NCBI GenBank assembly: GCA_001819555.1
Contig: MHMZ01000012.1
Location: forward strand, 1-55,607
Reading direction: 5' to 3'
Source: Candidatus Portnoybacteria bacterium RIFCSPHIGHO2_02_FULL_39_12
GTDB lineage: Bacteria; Patescibacteriota; Minisyncoccia; Portnoybacterales; UBA2143
Length of the DNA: 55,607 bases
Below the pieces are notes generated by a model, which saw only the letters and a program-made list of their open reading frames with translations, had not been told where the DNA came from and did not search any database. Shown in pieces: positions 50,147-55,607 of the stretch. Numbering within the stretch: position 1 is the first letter of the stretch; the number at the start of each line of letters is the position of its first letter. Position numbers and translations under genes: made by a program.

Positions 50147-51811
50147 ATGATGAGAATTATGATTAGGGAAGAAATAAGGGAAATAATTCAAGAGGCAGTT
50201 AGGCGGGTGCAACAAGAAGAAAAATGGCCGGGTTTTAAGATACCGGAAATTCAAATAGAGCATCCGGAAAACGCGGGTTTTGGGGATTACTCTACTAACA
50301 TATCAATGATTTTGGCTGGATTGATTAAGAAAAACCCAATGGAGATAGCGAAATTACTGATAAAGTATTTAGATTTGGGAGTCCTTCTCCCAATTAGGAG
50401 AAGGACTCCCAAATCTAGTCCCAAATCAAAATTTAAAAAAATTGAAATTGCCAGGCCCGGTTTTATCAATTTTACTCTTTCTAAGGATTATTTACAGAAG
50501 CAGATTAAAGAAATTCTAAAGCAAGGCGATAAATTTGGTCAATTAAAAATAGGCAAGAATAAAAAAGTTCAGGTAGAGTTTATTTCAGCCAATCCCACCG
50601 GGCCCTTAACCGTAGGCAATGCCCGGGGCGGGCCTTTTGGCGATGTTTTGGCTAATGTTTTGAAAATGGCCGGTTTTAGAGTAGAAAAGGCCTATTATGT
50701 GAATGATTACGGCATGCAAATTTTGACTTTAGGGCATTCGGTTTTAAAAGACAAGGAGGCGAAATACAAAGGAGCATACATTGACGAATTGAGTAAAAGA
50801 ATTAAAGAAAAAGACCCGGAAAAAGCCGGGCAAAAAGCAGCCAAGATTATCCTAAAAGAAATGATTCAGAAAACCACTGTTCGTTTAGGTATTAAATTTG
50901 ACGAGTGGTTTAGCGAGCAAACGCTTTACGATTCAGGTCAGGTTGAGAAAGCCCTAATAACCCTAAAAAAGAAAAATTTAATTTATGAAAAAGAAGGCGC
51001 TTTATGGTTTAAATCGTCAAAATTCGGCGATGAAAAAGACAGAGTGGTTGTTAAGGCCAACGACTTTAAAACTTATTTAGCCGGCGATATCGCTCATCAT
51101 CTTTATAAATTTGAGAAGAAAAAGTTTGATAAAGTTATTAATATTTGGGGCGCTGATCATTATGGGGATATGAAACGGCTTAAAGGGGCTATGGAGTCCT
51201 TTGGACATAAAGATAAATTAAAAATAATTTTTTTACAGTTTGTCAGTTTATTAGAGAAGGGCGAGGGAATAAAGATGTCAAAAAGAGCCGGCGTTTATGT
51301 AACCATGGATGAATTATTGGATAAAGTAGGGATTGACGCGGTTAGGTTTTTTTTCCTGCAGAAGTCGCCTGACACTCATCTGAATTTTGATTTATCTTTG
51401 GCCAAAGAGCAGTCAGAAAAAAATCCGGTTTATTATGTTCAGTACGCGCACGCGAGGATTTGTAGTATCCTTCGGAAAATCCCAAATCAAAAATCCCAAA
51501 TCCCAAATAAATTCCAAATTCCAAATTCCAAATTCAAAAATTTAACTAATCATTTTGAACTGAATTTAATTCGTCAGCTAATCCGATTTCCGGAGATTAT
51601 TGAAGACATAATTAAAGATTATCAAGTTCAGCGTTTGCCCTATTATGCTCTGGATTTAGCCGCAGCTTTTCATAAATTCTACAAAGATTGTCGGGTGCTT
51701 TCTGAAGACAAATTATTGACCCAAGCGCGATTGGCTTTAGTTAAGGCAACTCAAATTGTTTTAAAAAATACTTTAGAGATAATGGGCATTAGGGCGCCGA
51801 GTAAGATGTAA
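50147..51811 (+). CDS. argS: Arginyl-tRNA synthetase
   Basis: 554 aa with SANPTGPLTVGNARG (HIGH-region equivalent), an MSKR-type motif (KMSKRAG) and YVQYAHARICSILRK. Contains in-frame palindrome B (50374-50413) and a low-complexity insert (51478-51540). Confidence 0.92.
   Translation: MMRIMIREEIREIIQEAVRRVQQEEKWPGFKIPEIQIEHPENAGFGDYSTNISMILAGLIKKNPMEIAKLLIKYLDLGVLLPIRRRTPKSSPKSKFKKIEIARPGFINFTLSKDYLQKQIKEILKQGDKFGQLKIGKNKKVQVEFISANPTGPLTVGNARGGPFGDVLANVLKMAGFRVEKAYYVNDYGMQILTLGHSVLKDKEAKYKGAYIDELSKRIKEKDPEKAGQKAAKIILKEMIQKTTVRLGIKFDEWFSEQTLYDSGQVEKALITLKKKNLIYEKEGALWFKSSKFGDEKDRVVVKANDFKTYLAGDIAHHLYKFEKKKFDKVINIWGADHYGDMKRLKGAMESFGHKDKLKIIFLQFVSLLEKGEGIKMSKRAGVYVTMDELLDKVGIDAVRFFFLQKSPDTHLNFDLSLAKEQSEKNPVYYVQYAHARICSILRKIPNQKSQIPNKFQIPNSKFKNLTNHFELNLIRQLIRFPEIIEDIIKDYQVQRLPYYALDLAAAFHKFYKDCRVLSEDKLLTQARLALVKATQIVLKNTLEIMGIRAPSKM
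50374..50413. repeat. Palindromic repeat, family B copy, in frame in argS
   Basis: TTTGGGAGTCCTTCTCCCAATTAGGAGAAGGACTCCCAAA. Translated as LGVLLPIRRRTPK. Confidence 0.9.
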
Positions 51812-52034
51812 TGGATTTTCTCAAAATTTTCAAGCCGATAGACGCAGAAAATTTTGTTAGAAAACCTTTACCGAGCACTCAGCGTGAATTATCTAAACTT
51901 TTGTTATAAATCAATAAACTTTGGTTTAAAGAATATAAGCTGGTAGTTCACACTGAGTGCTCGGTGCTCAATTTTGCAGCGAAATTTTGTTCGCTCAAAC
52001 AAAGTTTTCGCTCCAAAATTTCGATAAAATTGGC

Positions 52035-54959
52035 ATGCAGGAAATTTCTAAAACAGAAGAAAAAATACTGGAATTTTGGGAGCAAGAAAAAATCTTTGAG
52101 AAAACGCTTAAAAACAGGGAGAAAAACAAATCCTACGTTTTTTACGACGGTCCGCCTTTTGCCACTGGTCTGCCTCATTACGGCCATATTCTGGCTTCAA
52201 CTATTAAAGATGTGATTCCCAGGTATTTTACGATGAGGGGCTTTTACGCGCCTCGGCGCTGGGGCTGGGACTGCCACGGTCTGCCCATTGAAAATATTAT
52301 TGAACAAAAACTAAAAATCTCCGGCAAAAAGCAGATAGAAAAAATCGGCATAGAAAAATTTAATTCCGCCTGCAAGGAAGCGGTCTTAGAATACGCTGAT
52401 GAATGGGGTAAAATGGTTCGCCGCATTGGTCGCTGGGTGGAATTTGAAAATTCCTATAAAACAATGGAAAACAAGTATATGGAGTCGGTCTGGTGGGCAG
52501 TTAAGCAAATCTGGGATAAAGGATTGATTTATCAAGGAAGAAGAGTTTTGCTTTACTGCCCCCGTTGTGAAACGCCGATTTCTAATTTTGAAGTGGCCAT
52601 GGACCAAAGTTATCGCGACTTAAAAGAAGAAACAATTACGGTTAAATTTAAAGCTAAAAATCCAGAGAAATATAATTTGCCAAAAAACACTTATTTTCTG
52701 GCTTGGACAACTACCCCCTGGACCTTGCCGGGCAACGTAGCTTTGGCCATTGGCGGAGATATTGACTATATTTTAGTTAAGCAAGGCAAGGAAAATTATA
52801 TTTTAGCCGAGGCGCGCCAAGGCGCGCTTAAAGGGAATTATCATCTTATTAAAAAGATAAAAGGCAAGGATTTAGCCGGCCTTGAATATGAGCCGCTTTT
52901 TGAAATTGAAAGCATAAAAAAGACCGACGCGAAATCCCACTATGTAGCCGCAGCTGACTTTGTTTCAACCGAAGAAGGAACCGGCCTTGTTCATATTGCG
53001 CCGGTCTATGGCGAAGATGATTATAATTTGGGCCTTAAATTGGGCTTGACGGTCGTTCCTCTGCTTAACGAACAAGGCGTGTTTAATAAAAAAGCGCCCA
53101 AATTTATTCAGGGAAAATACTTTGAAGAAGCTGAAGAGCCGATTAAAAATGACTTAGAAAAAAGAGGCCTGCTTTACAAAAAAGAAGAGATGGCTCATTC
53201 GTATCCTTTGTGCTGGCGCTGCGAAACCAAACTTTTTTACAACGCCATTCCGGCTTGGTTTATAAATATCCAAAAAATCAAGCGCCGGCTTTTAGAATTA
53301 AATGAAAAAATCAACTGGTACCCGGCGCACCTAAAACAAGGTCGGTTTAAAAAAGGCATTGAGAGCGCGCCGGACTGGAATATTTCCCGCAATCGCTACT
53401 GGGCCACGGCTCTTCCGATTTGGCAGTGTGAAAACAGGAAATGCGAGCATAAAATTTGTTTAGGTAGTTTTAAGGAACTAAAAGAAAAAGCTATAAATTA
53501 TAAACAGGTCTATCAATCGGAAAGATTAGAAGAAGTTGATTTGCATAAGCCCTATATTGACGCGATTAAATTAAAATGCGCAAAGTGCGGCAAGGCGATG
53601 TCAAGGATTCAGGAAGTCATAGATTGCTGGGTTGAGTCCGGCTCAATGCCTTTTGCCGAACTTCATTATCCTTTTGAAAATAAAGAGTTGTTCAAAAAAC
53701 GTTTTCCGGCCCAATTTGTGGCTGAATATACTTCTCAAACCAGGGCCTGGTTTTATGTTATGCATGCGGTTTCAACGATTATTTTTGATAAAGCCCCTTT
53801 TGAAAATGTGGTCGCCACCGGCAATATCTTAAACGAAAAAGGCGAAAAACTTTCCAAATCAAAAAGGAATTTTCCCGACCCTTGGGGGCTCATAGAAAAA
53901 TACGGAGTGGACGCTTTGCGTTATTATCTGATGAGTTCTGCGTTGATGAAAGCGGACGATTTATTTTTTAAGGAATCAGAAGTTGACGAGGTTTATAAAA
54001 AAGTGATACTTATTATTTCCAATGTTTTGTCTTTTTATAAAATGTTTGAAGAAGGGACAGGAAAGAGGTTATTGCCTGAGCGAAGTCGAAGGCATACCTT
54101 GTCTCAAAAAAATATTCTTGACAAATGGATTTTAGCGCGGCTTCACGAGCTAATTAAAAAAACAACAGAGAGTATGGATAAATATAATGTGGTTTCCGGC
54201 GCTCGGCCGATTGGCGAATTTATTCAGGATTTATCTGTTTGGTATTTAAGAAGAAGCCGGGAAAGAATAAAGAGCGAAGATAAAAAAGATAAAGAACAAG
54301 CGCTGGCTGCCCTCCGCTATTCGCTTTTAGAACTTTCAAAAATAATGGCGCCAATTACTCCATTTATAGCCGAGCATTTATACAAAAATACAGGCGGAAA
54401 AAAAGAGAGCGTTCATTTAGAAAATTGGCCAAAATACGATAAAAATTATATTGACTCCCCTGTTCTGGAGAATATGAAAACCGCAAGAGGTATTGTTAGT
54501 TTGGCTTTGGAAAAAAGAGCCGCGGCCGGCATTCCGGTCAGACAGCCCTTAAACTTATTAATCATTTACGGGCAAAAACTATCCGATGATTTTGTCGTTC
54601 TTATCAAAGACGAAGTAAATATCAAAAAAGTAGAATTTAAGAAGCAAAAAAAAGAGCTTAGAGTAGAGCTGGATACCAAAATAACAGAAAAACTTAAAAA
54701 AGAAGGTATTTATCGCGAATTGGTTCGTCAGATAAATGATTTGCGAAAAAAAGCCGGACTAACCATTAAAGACAATATCTTGCTTTATTTTGAAACAGAT
54801 TCTAATCTTATTTTATCCGCGATAAAGAATTTTGAAAAAGAACTAAAAAAGGCGGTAATTGCCACGCAGATTAAAAGAGAGAAAAGAGAAACGCAAGAAA
54901 ATAAAGAACTTCAAATACAAAACGAAAAAATTTGGCTCGGTATTGACAAATCTCAATAG
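52035..54959 (+). CDS. ileS: Isoleucyl-tRNA synthetase (type 2-like)
   Basis: The start was moved to the ATG at 52035 (MQEISKTEEKILEFW). HIGH motif as PHYGH, KMSKS motif as KLSKSK, and zinc-knuckle pairs CPRC and CWRC. The protein is 974 aa. Confidence 0.93.
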   Translation: MQEISKTEEKILEFWEQEKIFEKTLKNREKNKSYVFYDGPPFATGLPHYGHILASTIKDVIPRYFTMRGFYAPRRWGWDCHGLPIENIIEQKLKISGKKQIEKIGIEKFNSACKEAVLEYADEWGKMVRRIGRWVEFENSYKTMENKYMESVWWAVKQIWDKGLIYQGRRVLLYCPRCETPISNFEVAMDQSYRDLKEETITVKFKAKNPEKYNLPKNTYFLAWTTTPWTLPGNVALAIGGDIDYILVKQGKENYILAEARQGALKGNYHLIKKIKGKDLAGLEYEPLFEIESIKKTDAKSHYVAAADFVSTEEGTGLVHIAPVYGEDDYNLGLKLGLTVVPLLNEQGVFNKKAPKFIQGKYFEEAEEPIKNDLEKRGLLYKKEEMAHSYPLCWRCETKLFYNAIPAWFINIQKIKRRLLELNEKINWYPAHLKQGRFKKGIESAPDWNISRNRYWATALPIWQCENRKCEHKICLGSFKELKEKAINYKQVYQSERLEEVDLHKPYIDAIKLKCAKCGKAMSRIQEVIDCWVESGSMPFAELHYPFENKELFKKRFPAQFVAEYTSQTRAWFYVMHAVSTIIFDKAPFENVVATGNILNEKGEKLSKSKRNFPDPWGLIEKYGVDALRYYLMSSALMKADDLFFKESEVDEVYKKVILIISNVLSFYKMFEEGTGKRLLPERSRRHTLSQKNILDKWILARLHELIKKTTESMDKYNVVSGARPIGEFIQDLSVWYLRRSRERIKSEDKKDKEQALAALRYSLLELSKIMAPITPFIAEHLYKNTGGKKESVHLENWPKYDKNYIDSPVLENMKTARGIVSLALEKRAAAGIPVRQPLNLLIIYGQKLSDDFVVLIKDEVNIKKVEFKKQKKELRVELDTKITEKLKKEGIYRELVRQINDLRKKAGLTIKDNILLYFETDSNLILSAIKNFEKELKKAVIATQIKREKRETQENKELQIQNEKIWLGIDKSQ

Positions 54960-55066
54960 TGGCGTTATTATTCAGATGCCAAAAAAAATAGGTTTTTTGG
55001 CCCTCCTTAAAGCATCTTAGGGGGAATTGTTTTTTAAAATTTATAGGAGGATAGGAGGGACTGGCT

Positions 55067-55607
55067 ATGAAAAGAGAGGTAGTCGGTAGCATGTCAGAAT
55101 GGTCTGGCGTGCTCAAAGATCTCTTCCGTCAGATTGATGATGGAAGTATTGGCCTGGGGCACATTCAGGCTTTGTTGGAGCGCAGAGATCCTTTTGCGGC
55201 GGAAAGTTTTCAAGGGTTAGTCACTGAATGGGAAGGTTTTTACCAGGATACTTTCGGGATTAAAGCAGATTTTTCAAATCTGCGAATTCCGGAAAAACAA
55301 CCCGGTTTTAACCGGCTTATCATTATGGCCGAAGGAATGACACCTCAACGGCTTTATGATAAATGCGGAGAGTTCTTTGCTTGCTGGAAATGGACCGGTG
55401 ATTCCCTCGACAACGTTGTCGCTTATTCAGAGAGAACCAGCAAAAATGGCGCTTATGCTGTTTGGGTTCGCGACCGCGTGGAGGCAGACGAAGAATTTAA
55501 AAAGCTCTCGGCAGACGAAATAAAAGCAAAAAACATAAACACTGAGACTTTAGAAGAACGCTTCATACATGAATTAAAATATTTTAGAGAGACCAGGGCG
55601 CATTTAG
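55067..55607 (+). CDS. Hypothetical protein (partial, runs off the window)
   Basis: ATG at 55067 is preceded by GGAGGGA and is open for 180 codons to the window end. It is GC-richer than its neighbours and has no recognisable motif. Confidence 0.45.
   Translation, partial: MKREVVGSMSEWSGVLKDLFRQIDDGSIGLGHIQALLERRDPFAAESFQGLVTEWEGFYQDTFGIKADFSNLRIPEKQPGFNRLIIMAEGMTPQRLYDKCGEFFACWKWTGDSLDNVVAYSERTSKNGAYAVWVRDRVEADEEFKKLSADEIKAKNINTETLEERFIHELKYFRETRAHL

Noticed and set aside
51957-52034. N-terminal extension of ileS (MLGAQFCSEILF...) and the overlapping ORFs 51964-52215 (+) and 51948-52187 (-).
   Set aside because: The extension runs through an inverted repeat and has no IleRS similarity. Conserved IleRS sequence begins at the ATG at 52035. 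The other two ORFs are shadow frames.

Overview
This is a low-GC, tightly packed bacterial chromosome segment that spans the replication origin. The minus-strand genes rpmH-rnpA-yidC-jag sit to the left and dnaA-dnaN sit on the plus strand to the right. The gene content suggests a Candidate Phyla Radiation / Patescibacteria-type genome: reduced housekeeping proteins, a stand-alone Pol I 5'-3' exonuclease, a PilB ATPase, and a PrgI/VirB4/VirB6/pilin-like cluster. That assignment is inference only, because no database search was possible.

Recognisable housekeeping genes are uvrD, rsmA, dnaA, dnaN, a class A PBP, tyrS, ruvC, yebC, ruvB, tsaE, holA, rplT, rpmI, infC, ssrA (tmRNA), smpB, argS and ileS.

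Accessory content:
- an MNT/HepT toxin-antitoxin pair
- two RelE/ParE-type TA pairs that share a duplicated promoter
- a ~12.5 kb type IV secretion-like operon (5.7-18.2 kb)
- a surface-polysaccharide block with two O-antigen-ligase-like genes and a flippase
- an ATP-grasp / ATP-grasp-retropepsin / 7TM peptide-ligase cassette
- a restriction-modification locus whose methyltransferase is fused in one ORF to a complete LexA repressor

The most striking sequence-level signal is a set of at least six short palindromic repeat families. They fill many intergenic spacers and are also inserted in frame into essential genes (uvrD, rsmA, argS, tsaE, the PBP and an O-antigen ligase). This is analogous to the Rickettsia palindromic elements.

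All product calls rest on motif recognition by eye. Repeat coordinates are accurate to a few bp.
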